64,000 nt of DNA from Candidatus Doudnabacteria bacterium (GCA_016218585.1 JACRDK010000010.1:4974-68973), one strand, 5' to 3'. Positions 28,798 through 37,203 are shown, counted from the stretch's first letter. The notes: a model not told the origin generated them from the letters alone. Translations and numbers: made by a program.

Positions 28798-29349
28798 TTA
28801 CTTGGGTTGGAAGAGCGTTATTTGGCTGAAGCACCCAACACCCTGAGTGCGGTCTTGGTCTCTTTCCTGATCTTTGGATAGCAGGGTTTGAGAGCCCAAG
28901 CAGGAGCCGCGAGGATGCCCAAACATCAGTCGGTAGAGCATCTCTTGAATATTGGCGACGCTGGTTGAAGAAATGGAAGCGTTGCACCAATAAGTCTTTC
29001 CCATTGTCGGTTCTCCCTCTTTCAGAGTGTTGCGATCATTCCCACAGGTGTCGATCAGCATGTATGTTGTCATGTCAGCGCTCCGATAGGATCCGAATGG
29101 TAAGTGCGAATCCCAGTGGTAATACACGCTGACAAGGTATATTTTCCCCTTGAAGGTCACTCGCTCGATGACCTCTTGGGGAATTTTCGGTATTTCCTCG
29201 GTGGGGTCAGTCAAGCTCACGCTGAGTTTGACATACTTTTTGCCTGTTGCTTGGTGCTCTTCGATTTGGAGATTCGCAAGAGTCCCAGCTTCCACGAGAC
29301 GATCAATTTCAGCCTCGCCGCCTTTTTTCAACCATATCCGGACTGACAT
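28798..29349 (-). CDS. Hypothetical ORFan
   Basis: AAGGAGGT SD before ATG 29349. Confidence 0.75.
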   Translation of the reverse strand: MSVRIWLKKGGEAEIDRLVEAGTLANLQIEEHQATGKKYVKLSVSLTDPTEEIPKIPQEVIERVTFKGKIYLVSVYYHWDSHLPFGSYRSADMTTYMLIDTCGNDRNTLKEGEPTMGKTYWCNASISSTSVANIQEMLYRLMFGHPRGSCLGSQTLLSKDQERDQDRTQGVGCFSQITLFQPK

Positions 29350-29448
29350 AATACCTCCTTCACCGCTAAGGGGTTCTTGTGGCGAGTACAATTTCGCCAT
29401 CTGCCTATTAGACGGTTGCGGAGTATTTGTAGCAAATAAGCATAATAT

Positions 29449-29651
29449 TGTCAATTTGCTTAATTTGTCCGGGAAAGGGGAGGGGAAATTGCTATTTTAA
29501 ATTTTGTTGACATCTTTCACATTTGTGAACTATATCAACAAGTTAATTTTATTTAGAAAAGGAAAAATTGTCATTTTAAAACTTGTCTAAAACTCTCACA
29601 TTTGTGAATATTTTAGACAAATTGGTTTTATTTTATTTAAGGAAAGGGGAG
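29449..29651. repeat. Partial module A plus two tandem module D units, each with a 38-bp TCACATTTGTGA palindrome
   Basis: 29449-29488 equals 28671-28710; palindromes at 29504-29541 and 29583-29620; 29563-29649 matches 30677-30763. Confidence 0.9.
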
Positions 29652-29707
29652 GGAATTGGAAAAGCGCCGGAGCCCGTATGGTGTACGGGGCGGCGCTTTT
29701 GCGGCGG

Positions 29708-30484
29708 TCAGTAGGTTAAAACGGCTTGCTTGATGTCAGAGATGTTGGTAGCGTGTGGTACGGTAATTCCATCCAAAGTTGTTTCGGTAAACACTTTGTG
29801 TGGCCCAACATGCTTGATCACGCCATTCACGGGCGCCCCATTCTTTAGGGTCAGCGTAACCATCATGCCTTCGTTCCCTGCGAGACCCTTCTGTGACGGG
29901 AAGTCGATAACCTTCACAGGAGCAAACTTCTCGGCCACAAAGCCCGGCGCATAGCGTATGACCACGCGGAACAGCTCTTGGTTATCCTTCAAGAGCGCGC
30001 CCAGGGCTTCGATTATGGTCGAGCCGAAGGCAAACGGCAACGGGGAATCTTCTTCCCCGCGCTGTGAGGGTCTGGCATCTGGATTGTCCAGAATCTGGGC
30101 TCTGATGATGTTGTCCGCGTTGCTCAATTCAATTGGCACTCGGCGAGTCTCGGTCATGCCCTCGTCGCTGTACTGGAAGAATTGCTCGGGTTCGTACGAG
30201 CAGACTTCGCCGCTTTCATCGCAGTTGCCAATTCTGACCGAGCCGTGGGACCATCCTCGAGAGGTCTTGAACATGAAGCACTCGGCTGTAATGTCCAAGA
30301 AGTCCTGGCGCTGGACGCGGATGGACAGATGCCGGAAATTTCCGAGCGTGCCATCGGGGTTTACGGGGTTGTCGTCGGGGTAAGGCTCAACTTCGTGTTT
30401 GAGCCAAATCAAGTCTGGTTGGTCTGCCATTTGCACCATCTTGAGCGCAAATTTCAGAGAAAAACCTTCCGAATCTTTAGACAT
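29708..30484 (-). CDS. Hypothetical ORFan, possible C-terminal Sm/SH3-like domain
   Basis: 258 aa, GGAG SD, terminator at about 29660-29700. Confidence 0.75.
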   Translation of the reverse strand: MSKDSEGFSLKFALKMVQMADQPDLIWLKHEVEPYPDDNPVNPDGTLGNFRHLSIRVQRQDFLDITAECFMFKTSRGWSHGSVRIGNCDESGEVCSYEPEQFFQYSDEGMTETRRVPIELSNADNIIRAQILDNPDARPSQRGEEDSPLPFAFGSTIIEALGALLKDNQELFRVVIRYAPGFVAEKFAPVKVIDFPSQKGLAGNEGMMVTLTLKNGAPVNGVIKHVGPHKVFTETTLDGITVPHATNISDIKQAVLTY

Positions 30485-30676
30485 AGTTGTTCTCCATCAT
30501 CCGGATGCCTGTTTTACCAGGTACTGCCATCTCCGGCAGCGAACTACGCGTAAAATACGCACAGATCGCTGCCGAAGAATAAACTCCTCCTTTACGACAT
30601 TAAAGTATATCAAAAGGCTTAGAAATGTCCAGGTTAATTTATAAAAAATATTTATCTATTCTAGAAAGGGTAATTA

Positions 30677-30840
30677 AAAAATTGCCATTTTAAATCTTGT
30701 CTAAAACTCTCACATTTGTGAATATTTTAGACAAGTTGATTTTATTTTATTTAAGGAAAGGGGGAAAATAGGAGAACCGCAAGCGGGGGTGCTTGCGGTT
30801 TCGTTGCTATTGTTGGTCAATGGCCGTTTGCCCCCAGGCC
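30677..30840. repeat. Module D copy fused to module B copy 2
   Basis: Palindrome at 30697-30734; terminator GAACCGCAAGC...GCTTGCGGTTT. Confidence 0.9.
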
Positions 30841-30868
30841 ACTAGCGAGAATCAGGGTTCGTCGCGCT

Positions 30869-31162
30869 CTACTTGAATAGGAGCTCTTTGAATTCGCTGA
30901 AGGTGCACAGGGAATGCGGAATCAGGATCACGCAACCCGATTCGGGATCGTACGTCCCAGCGAAAGTGAATGCGGCTTCTTTGAGCCACTCGCTGTTCCG
31001 TAGGATTGCCCGCCGCAGAGCGCGAGCGGAGTGGATGTAGCACTCGTTGAAATGTTCGTGTTTAACCCATCTCGGCCTTCGGTTCCTGCCTCCTCGGCTC
31101 AAAGCGGTCACTCCTTCCGGAGTTTCCCCTTTAATGATGATATAACCAGAAAGGTACATCAA
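30869..31162 (-). CDS. Hypothetical ORFan
   Basis: 97 aa, AAAGGA upstream, co-oriented with the array. Confidence 0.6.
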   Translation of the reverse strand: MMYLSGYIIIKGETPEGVTALSRGGRNRRPRWVKHEHFNECYIHSARALRRAILRNSEWLKEAAFTFAGTYDPESGCVILIPHSLCTFSEFKELLFK

Positions 31163-31373
31163 TTCTTCATCCTTTGTAGATGTATTCTGCTCTGCCCGGG
31201 TAATTTACCAGGGTAAGTCAGTTTAGCAATTCTATCATAAATTAGAATAAGTTCAAGTACTGAATATTTTTTTAAACAAAATAAAAAACTCTAAAGTTGG
31301 GAGCAGAAATGATGCAGCGCGAGGAACTTTTGGTTCCCCGCGCTGTGTGCTGGTGGTTGTTGTTGGCCTGCAA

Positions 31374-31598
31374 TCAAACCGTCCTGGGTTCGGTTTGTGC
31401 GCCTTGGGAAGCGCAAGGGTTTTTTGCGGCGAGCCGCTTGGCCCTATCCTGGTCAATTAGCTCGTTAATCACATCGTACACAACCCTTTTGCTGAATGGG
31501 CATTCAGCGCCGTCAGCGGTGGTGTGGGTTTCAATGTGGTCTTCGAGCTCTGAAAATTGGATTCGGCTGTTGCAGCCCGGGCAAACTGAGATTATCAT
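31374..31598 (-). CDS. Small Zn-ribbon protein
   Basis: CPGC...H...C; ATGA-coupled to the upstream gene. Confidence 0.65.
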   Translation of the reverse strand: MIISVCPGCNSRIQFSELEDHIETHTTADGAECPFSKRVVYDVINELIDQDRAKRLAAKNPCASQGAQTEPRTV

Positions 31599-31888
31599 GC
31601 CTTTCCTTTCGAACGCCGAAATCTTCTTGGCTTCTTGAAAATGACTGGGCCGTCGGCGGCCTTGAAGCTGAGAGCTGGACGCCCGGGTTTGGGCACTTCC
31701 TGGACTCCGGGGACCCTGGTGGCCTGCTTTTGCTTCTTGCCCACGAAGTACAGAATGCCTCCTTGCCAGGCGAGTTTCCGGCCCGGATACTCGCGCATTG
31801 CCAGTTCTTTCAAGCGCTTTCTCATCTTCAGGTAAGGCGCCCGTCCGCCAGGGTTTTCTTCGCCATGAGTCGTGCGGGGGTTAGCCAT
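31595..31888 (-). CDS. Small basic hypothetical protein
   Basis: AAGGAGG SD, K/R-rich. Confidence 0.7.
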   Translation of the reverse strand: MANPRTTHGEENPGGRAPYLKMRKRLKELAMREYPGRKLAWQGGILYFVGKKQKQATRVPGVQEVPKPGRPALSFKAADGPVIFKKPRRFRRSKGKA

Positions 31889-31959
31889 ACAACTCCTCCT
31901 TGTTGAAGTATAATACTGTGAGGCATAGTAGCAAAAAGCAATAACAAAGTCCAGGTATG

Positions 31960-31999
31960 AACAAGCGCCGGGTCCGCGGGGGTGCGGACTCGGCGCTTT
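31960..31999. terminator. Terminator module E copy 1
   Basis: AACAAGCGCCGGGTCCGCGGGGGTGCGGACTCGGCGCTTT; differs from 33706-33744 by one G. Confidence 0.85.
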
Positions 32000-32020
32000 G
32001 TGCTTGTTGACGTGAGTACG

Positions 32021-32533
32021 TTAACCGCTGGCCTTTTTCCAAATAAGGCTTAAGGCCAGAGCGGCTAAGCTGATCCAAAACCACCAGTTGTACAGCTTGG
32101 TGTGCGGATACGACTTGTGGTCCGGCGGCAGGATTAAAATGAATTTGTCTTTTCTCTTTATCATCAGCCTGTCCCTAATGAGAGAAATGAACAGCTGGTC
32201 GTCCGGCGGTTCATTCGACAAGTTGTATCTGATTGTCGCTTCCTGAATCTCCACCAGGTTGTTGAACCAGATTTGAAACGGAGGCGACGCCGGGTTAACC
32301 GCGAAATGAAGGTCGGTTTTCTTTAAGCCGTAACCTCTGAGGTGGGTGACGGCTGTGTCGATGTTTTTCTGGCAGTCCTTCATATTTTTGGCAAACACGG
32401 CTTGCCGCAAGGGCTGCTCTACCTTATTGGCGAAGTCGTAGCCGTGGTGCCACCTGAGAATCAGGCACAAAGCCAAAGCGGCGAAGGCCAGGGAAATCAT
32501 CGCTTCTTGCCACGGAAAGAATCTGTTATTCAC
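32021..32533 (-). CDS. Two-TM membrane protein, paralog of 32563-33096
   Basis: GGAGG plus GTG at 32533; FANKVEQPLRQA...WFNNL...SYP. Confidence 0.75.
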   Translation of the reverse strand: MNNRFFPWQEAMISLAFAALALCLILRWHHGYDFANKVEQPLRQAVFAKNMKDCQKNIDTAVTHLRGYGLKKTDLHFAVNPASPPFQIWFNNLVEIQEATIRYNLSNEPPDDQLFISLIRDRLMIKRKDKFILILPPDHKSYPHTKLYNWWFWISLAALALSLIWKKASG

Positions 32534-32562
32534 GTTTTCCTCCTGAATGCTGTGCGAGTGTC

Positions 32563-33096
32563 TTAATATCCGTTGTCGTCCTTTGCAACCCACCAGCCAA
32601 GACCGCCTACAAACATCATCGTGCTTACCAAAGCCCAACACAGGTAGAGGATGCCGTAGGGGTAGGTGGAGATGCCGGTAGGTGATTCAACCACCAGAAG
32701 TCCTCGCTCTTCCTTAAGAATTTTCTCGCGGACAGTTTCGAGCATTTCTTCGCCTGAGGGGAAGAAGCCCTCCTGTCCTTGCCTCTCTAGCGCTTCTTGA
32801 AGGTTGGCCAGGTTGTTAAACCACGCCTGCGTGTCGGAGATGTTTTGATTGCGCGGCGCATTGTTCGGAGTTTTCTGAAAACCCATCTCCTTCAGGTGCG
32901 AGATAGCTACGCTTAAGTGCTCAAGGCATTCCTTGGTGCTCTTGGAGTAAGCGGCACGACTCAAAGGTTCTTCGATGTTGCGGTTGAACGCTGTGAGGTT
33001 TGAAATAGACATCAGGACGCAGAACAGCATTAACAGCAATCCTATGCCCGCGATGTTCACGCTCAACGGTGTAGCTTCTTTGTTTTGCGTTTGCAT
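32563..33096 (-). CDS. Two-TM membrane protein, paralog of 32021-32533
   Basis: AGGAGG SD; FNRNIEEPLSRA...WFNNL...TYP. Confidence 0.75.
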   Translation of the reverse strand: MQTQNKEATPLSVNIAGIGLLLMLFCVLMSISNLTAFNRNIEEPLSRAAYSKSTKECLEHLSVAISHLKEMGFQKTPNNAPRNQNISDTQAWFNNLANLQEALERQGQEGFFPSGEEMLETVREKILKEERGLLVVESPTGISTYPYGILYLCWALVSTMMFVGGLGWWVAKDDNGY

Positions 33097-33314
33097 TCAT
33101 ATCCTCCTGTATTTTCCACGAACAAATAAAAATACCACATTGCTGTGGTTGTGTCAATTGTGATTATAATTTACTGAGAAGTAAAATAAAAATTTTAATA
33201 GCGCAGGAGCCCCCACTTCCTGCGCTATTTCTGCTGGCATTGTTGCCGTTAGTTCAAGTACGATGCGTTCGGTTCGACGTTGTTGGTTATTCAGCCGACT
33301 CTCTTGCCGCCCTG

Positions 33315-33635
33315 CTACCGCTCGGTCACGAACTTCTTTTCGCAGTTGGGGCAATCGTTGGGCCCAAGCTTCACGTTGTTGATGAACCGTTTGCAATAAG
33401 GGCAGTCGGAGCTGCCATACATTGCACCTGTGTAGTAAGGGTACCACTGGGTCTTTTTGGCGCTTGGTTTCTTGTCCAAGGAGCGCAGGTATTCCCACCG
33501 GTTTTGCCGAGCCGCTTGAACTGCTTTTTTGGAAATAACCTCGCCATTCCAATTGCAGCGGAACCGGTTGCGGGCAAGGGGGGTAAACGTAATGCGTTTG
33601 TCCAGCTGGACTGTGCCTTGATTCGATATCGGCAT
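33315..33635 (-). CDS. Basic protein with a C-terminal CxxC...CxxC zinc ribbon
   Basis: AAGGAGG SD; CPYC, CPNC. Confidence 0.75.
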   Translation of the reverse strand: MPISNQGTVQLDKRITFTPLARNRFRCNWNGEVISKKAVQAARQNRWEYLRSLDKKPSAKKTQWYPYYTGAMYGSSDCPYCKRFINNVKLGPNDCPNCEKKFVTER

Positions 33636-33705
33636 CGAGTCCTCCTTGCAGCAAACTATACCAAACTGTTCAAAAAAAGTCCAGATTTATAAAAAAGTAA
33701 AAATT

Positions 33706-33744
33706 AACAAGCGCCGGGTCCGCGGGGTGCGGACTCGGCGCTTT
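33706..33744. terminator. Terminator module E copy 2
   Basis: Near-identical to 31960-31999. Confidence 0.85.
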
Positions 33745-33857
33745 TATATAGCTTGCCTGATTTCCGTTCAGGCGGACGGCTGGGTTACAATTGTGCTCAA
33801 TAAAAAAACAAATGAGTACGGTAAAATTAGAAGTCAGTTACTTTGGTGGTGTGACGG

Positions 33858-34058
33858 TTAGTTTTTTTCTTCTAGTTTTTTTCTCATTCCCTCCAAATGG
33901 TTTTGAAAGTCAATGCCAACAAAGTGCGCCTTAGCAACGCATTCCGCACAGTGGGACAGGTGGCTTACGGCTTGCGCATCGTCATCGGTTAATGGCCCCC
34001 CAGAACCAGCAAACAGGCGAGCAAGCTGCTCGTCTGACACGTGATCGTCTTTATCCAT
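33858..34058 (-). CDS. Stand-alone zf-HC2/ZAS-like small protein
   Basis: H...HLSHCAEC (HxxxCxxC); GAGGAGG SD. Confidence 0.7.
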   Translation of the reverse strand: MDKDDHVSDEQLARLFAGSGGPLTDDDAQAVSHLSHCAECVAKAHFVGIDFQNHLEGMRKKLEEKN

Positions 34059-34238
34059 ACAGCCTCCTCTTGTTAAGAAAGACTATATTATATAGAAGAC
34101 AAGGTCAAGAAAAAAATAGCGAAAAGTAAAAACTCCCGCATGAAAATGAACAATAAAAATAAAGCCCTGTTATTTAAAGAAATGAAGATGCCGCCGACAG
34201 CCTTAATGGCATTGTCGGCGGCGGTTTGGAAGAGACAG

Positions 34239-34427
34239 TTAGTCCTTAGTGGGGGGAACTTTTTTCCCTGTTCCTCCGCACGAAGGGCACTTGGTAACTT
34301 CGGTGCTCCAGAGGCATGAGCATTCCATTAACCCTTGCGAGTCTTTGCCGTCCCCGCGGCAAAGTGGACACACGCCAATTCCTGTTCCACCACAATCGGG
34401 GCACAGTTCGTCAGTTTCGATAATCAT
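34239..34427 (-). CDS. Small DnaJ-type CxxCxGxG zinc-finger protein
   Basis: CPDCGGTG, CPLCRGDG, CPSCGGTG; GGAGG SD. Confidence 0.75.
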   Translation of the reverse strand: MIIETDELCPDCGGTGIGVCPLCRGDGKDSQGLMECSCLWSTEVTKCPSCGGTGKKVPPTKD

Positions 34428-34441
34428 AATTCCTCCATTGT

Positions 34442-34726
34442 TTACGGTCCGGCTACGGGCACGTCACATTTGCCCTCATAGGCAATGTTCATAACCGGTT
34501 CTCCTGCCCACTTTGTCCTTTCCAGCCAAAGAATTTTGGCCGACGGACAGGAATCATGGAAAACCTTGGCGGCCTCCGCAGCGCTCGCGGCATCAACAAA
34601 GACGCTGCTTGGTTTTGTGGCGGTGCTTCCTGCCCAAATGCGTGACGCTGCGACCTTCTTGTTTTTTGGCGGAGCCGTAAAGCCCACGCTTAAACAAATT
34701 AAAAACAACACTAGCAGCCTCCTCAT
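34442..34726 (-). CDS. Small secreted protein
   Basis: AAGGAGGT SD, signal peptide MRRLLVLFLICLSVG. Confidence 0.7.
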   Translation of the reverse strand: MRRLLVLFLICLSVGFTAPPKNKKVAASRIWAGSTATKPSSVFVDAASAAEAAKVFHDSCPSAKILWLERTKWAGEPVMNIAYEGKCDVPVAGP

Positions 34727-34848
34727 GGCTACCTCCTTTTTATTTCAATGCAATTATATCATTTTGGCTTTGAGTGTGGAAAGTTTAAAAAAGCGGAAAA
34801 ATTTGCATATAAATATTTAAAACCACCGCGTACTGCGGTGGTTTTAAA

Positions 34849-35253
34849 TTATTGTACTTTAGGTTTATTCTTTTTTTGTTTTTTAGCAAATTCATCGCTC
34901 AGTCTATCTATGGATTCCTCGGAGCTTCCTTGTTCCATTAAAAACTTTTTCATAATTTTTTTGTCTCTGTCGGTTACTTCAATAGCTGGCTCCGGGTTTC
35001 TTGCATATATTTTTTCAGCAGCAGCAATTGCCTCGTCAGGGTTTATTTTTCCCTCTTTGTCCCATTTTTTGCAGAACAACCTAAACTCATCCATATTTTC
35101 AACCTCAACAAAAGCCGCAGCCGCGCCGTCAGCATCAAAAAGGTCAGTCTGTTTTAATAGTCCAAGTAAAATATTAACCATGGCTTCGTTATAGGCACGG
35201 GTTCCTCTAACTCTTTCCCAGTTTATGTAATTTGTATTTTCTTTTTCAGACAT
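34849..35253 (-). CDS. Hypothetical protein
   Basis: 134 aa, terminator at about 34819-34845. Confidence 0.7.
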   Translation of the reverse strand: MSEKENTNYINWERVRGTRAYNEAMVNILLGLLKQTDLFDADGAAAAFVEVENMDEFRLFCKKWDKEGKINPDEAIAAAEKIYARNPEPAIEVTDRDKKIMKKFLMEQGSSEESIDRLSDEFAKKQKKNKPKVQ

Positions 35254-35397
35254 ATATTTATTTAGTGGCCAAACAAGGCCGTTATTTATAAATCTTAATT
35301 AATTGTATCATTACAATGCTTTTGGACAAAATGCTAATCCCTAGTAATTAAATTTAAATATGACCTAAAAGGCGATAGGGAGTTTAAAAACAATTAA

Positions 35398-35422
35398 AAA
35401 AACCGCTTTAGGCGGTTTTTTT
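35398..35422 (-). terminator. ssrA terminator
   Basis: AAAAAACCGC-TTTAG-GCGGTTTTTT just past the CCA end. Confidence 0.75.
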
Positions 35423-35431
35423 AAATTCACT

Positions 35432-35821
35432 TGGTGGAGATGCCGGGAGTTAAACCCGGGTCCAAAACTAATTCACTTTCCAATTGTTCACAAGATTAGC
35501 TAAGTTTAATACCTCTATAACAATAACTTAGCAAATAGTTATAAAGGGCGATTTACGTGTCTTAAGCTTGCGGGTGCAAATCAAATCCGCAAACAGCAGT
35601 CCAAAATGAACCCGGCGATCTTAGGTTTGGACAAACTTAAGGCCGGGATCTCAGCTTAATAAATTAAGCTAAGACTGGTTGTAAGTCGGCGTTTTGAAAC
35701 GCGGCTACAACTTTATTCCATGCGTTAGCATTTGTTTGTGTCCGAGGGATTTACGAGTCTTCAGACTGGCTCGTCTTGCATATTAGAAAATGTCAAAGTC
35801 CTGTCAAAATCCGTCATCCCC
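35432..35821 (-). ncRNA. ssrA: tmRNA; tag peptide (A)ANAWNKVVAAFQNADLQPVLA at 35729-35664
   Basis: 5' GGGGATG pairs with CATCTCC-ACCA 3' with a G3-U wobble; T-arm CCGGG-TTTAACT-CCCGG; tag ORF ending LA*; smpB in window. Confidence 0.93.
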
Positions 35822-35887
35822 GTGGGCTATAGCATATCATTTTTTATAAGTATTGACAATACCGCAGAAATATGGTATTTTTATGTG

Positions 35888-36129
35888 TTACAAGCTTCCT
35901 CTTATGCTGATAAAGTCTATCAGTTTTAGCGGGAGCTGGTCTGGGTGGACATGGCAAGGACAGGTGTTGGTATGAGCTGATCATATCTTCACACCCTCTC
36001 TTGCAGCCTCCACTTGCTCGTTTGACCGAACAAACGCTCAGGCGACCTTCAGGGTCAGCTCCCATAATTTCCACGGAGGAATAAAAATTAAAAGCAACGG
36101 TAGGCGACGCAATCGCTATGCCGTTTTTT
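35888..36129 (+). ncRNA. Candidate structured ncRNA (6S-like or novel), divergent from ssrA
   Basis: TTGACA-N17-TATTTT promoter; nested helices TTCCTC/GAGGAA, GGGAGCTG/CAGCTCCC, GTGGA/TCCAC, GCAAG/CTTGC, GGTGT/ACACC; terminator at 36096-36129. Confidence 0.55.
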
Positions 36130-36208
36130 AATATATAGGTTGTCTTTAGTATTCAAAAAGGCCAGCGCGTGCGTCGTCATTGACGTTTCGCGCTGGCCTT
36201 TGCTGTTG

Positions 36209-36694
36209 TTATTGGAGCTTCACGATTGCGTTGACCGCTTTTGGAGCGGTTGGTTTGGCGTTTTCCTGCCGCACGTACAACAGGGCGTGCAGCGTAGCCA
36301 TAACAGAAGTGACCTTATCCTCCGAGAGCGATCTGAAGCAGTCCCCAAATACCGCAACATCGAACGGACTGTTCATTTTCTTGGCGTTAAGGTACCCTGT
36401 AAGGAAAAACATCGTCTGCTCCAGGCTTTGACCCGATACGCCGGCCTTCTCCAGCTGGAGCTTTAGGGTCGGAACCGGTATATAGCCTCCAGCCGTTTTG
36501 AGCGTGTTGACCGCTTCGGCTGCGAGAACCGTAATCTTTTCCAGAGTTTGGGCAAACCCGCCGCTCAGATCGGGATCGTTGAACACCGGTGAGATGATGG
36601 TGTCCAGCTTGCGTTCCGGCATGTCATCATCTATTGGCTCAAAAGGAGGTGGAGTACGCCGTTTCCTAGTTTGCTTCTTTGATTTTGTGGTCAT
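36209..36694 (-). CDS. Hypothetical ORFan with a basic N-terminus
   Basis: AAGGAG SD; own terminator at about 36157-36200. Confidence 0.7.
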   Translation of the reverse strand: MTTKSKKQTRKRRTPPPFEPIDDDMPERKLDTIISPVFNDPDLSGGFAQTLEKITVLAAEAVNTLKTAGGYIPVPTLKLQLEKAGVSGQSLEQTMFFLTGYLNAKKMNSPFDVAVFGDCFRSLSEDKVTSVMATLHALLYVRQENAKPTAPKAVNAIVKLQ

Positions 36695-36936
36695 CTTTTT
36701 TCTCCTTGTCTGAATTTAAAAACCGCGGTTTGTTACGCCGTACAAAAGTGAAGTCTAAAAGTCCTCCTTACAAGACTACTTATTTTATTTAATAATGATG
36801 AAAAAGTCAATAGTCTTGAAAAGATAAAAGAGAATAATAAACATTTTATTTAAATTTAAAATATGTATATGGCATAAGTTAAGCAATTTGGCATATTTTT
36901 GCTATAATATAGTAGAGCATTAAATATAAAAATAAT

Positions 36937-37146
36937 ATGTCCGAACAAACAAATTGTGATTGTCATAAAGCATATAAACACCATCACGGAGCGCTAGGCG
37001 GCGCTTATGGCTTGGCCGTGTTAGGCGCGGCCGTTTACTATATTCAGCATTCCGCAACTTTCTGGGCCGGGGTATTGGGAGTGCTAAAAGCCCTAATTTG
37101 GCCTGCGTTGGTAATCTACAAACTTTTGGACTTTCTAAAAATGTAA
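36937..37146 (+). CDS. Small conserved membrane protein
   Basis: GGAYGL..LGAAVYYIQH..TFW.GVLG.LKALIWPA. Confidence 0.8.
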   Translation: MSEQTNCDCHKAYKHHHGALGGAYGLAVLGAAVYYIQHSATFWAGVLGVLKALIWPALVIYKLLDFLKM

Positions 37147-37165
37147 AATTAATTGAAAACATATC

Positions 37166-37203
37166 TTTGTTCAATTTCAGACGATCGTCTGAAATTGAAC
37201 AAA
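37166..37203. repeat. Perfect 38-bp palindrome centred on GACGATCGTC
   Basis: TTTGTTCAATTTCAGACGATCGTCTGAAATTGAACAAA. Confidence 0.9.

Noticed and set aside
28676-29454. TTG starts at 28676 and 29454 (also 24426) and the repeated MLNLSGKGEGK peptides
   Set aside because: The TTGs are -35 boxes and the peptides are translations of non-coding linker repeats; downstream starts are preferred
29583-29620. Palindromes as integron attC sites or CRP boxes
   Set aside because: They lack RYYYAAC/GTTRRRY ends, are shorter than attC, and no intI is present; TCACA-TT-TGTGA has the reverse orientation and wrong spacing for CRP
28077-30840. Repeats as a CRISPR array
   Set aside because: Spacing is hundreds of bp containing whole genes, the repeats are heterogeneous, and no cas genes are present
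32665-32678. 14-nt match (GGTGGAGATGCCGG) to the tmRNA 3' end (35433-35446), a possible att duplication
   Set aside because: It lies inside an intact CDS (PTGIST) that aligns with its paralog, not at a module or composition boundary; probably coincidence, though not formally excluded
24426-35431. Prophage or ICE at ssrA
   Set aside because: No integrase, structural, replication or conjugation genes recognised, and no terminal duplication of the ssrA end
35844-36074. 76-aa minus-strand ORF from the track
   Set aside because: No SD or recognisable protein features; the promoter, terminator and G-U pattern favour a plus-strand RNA
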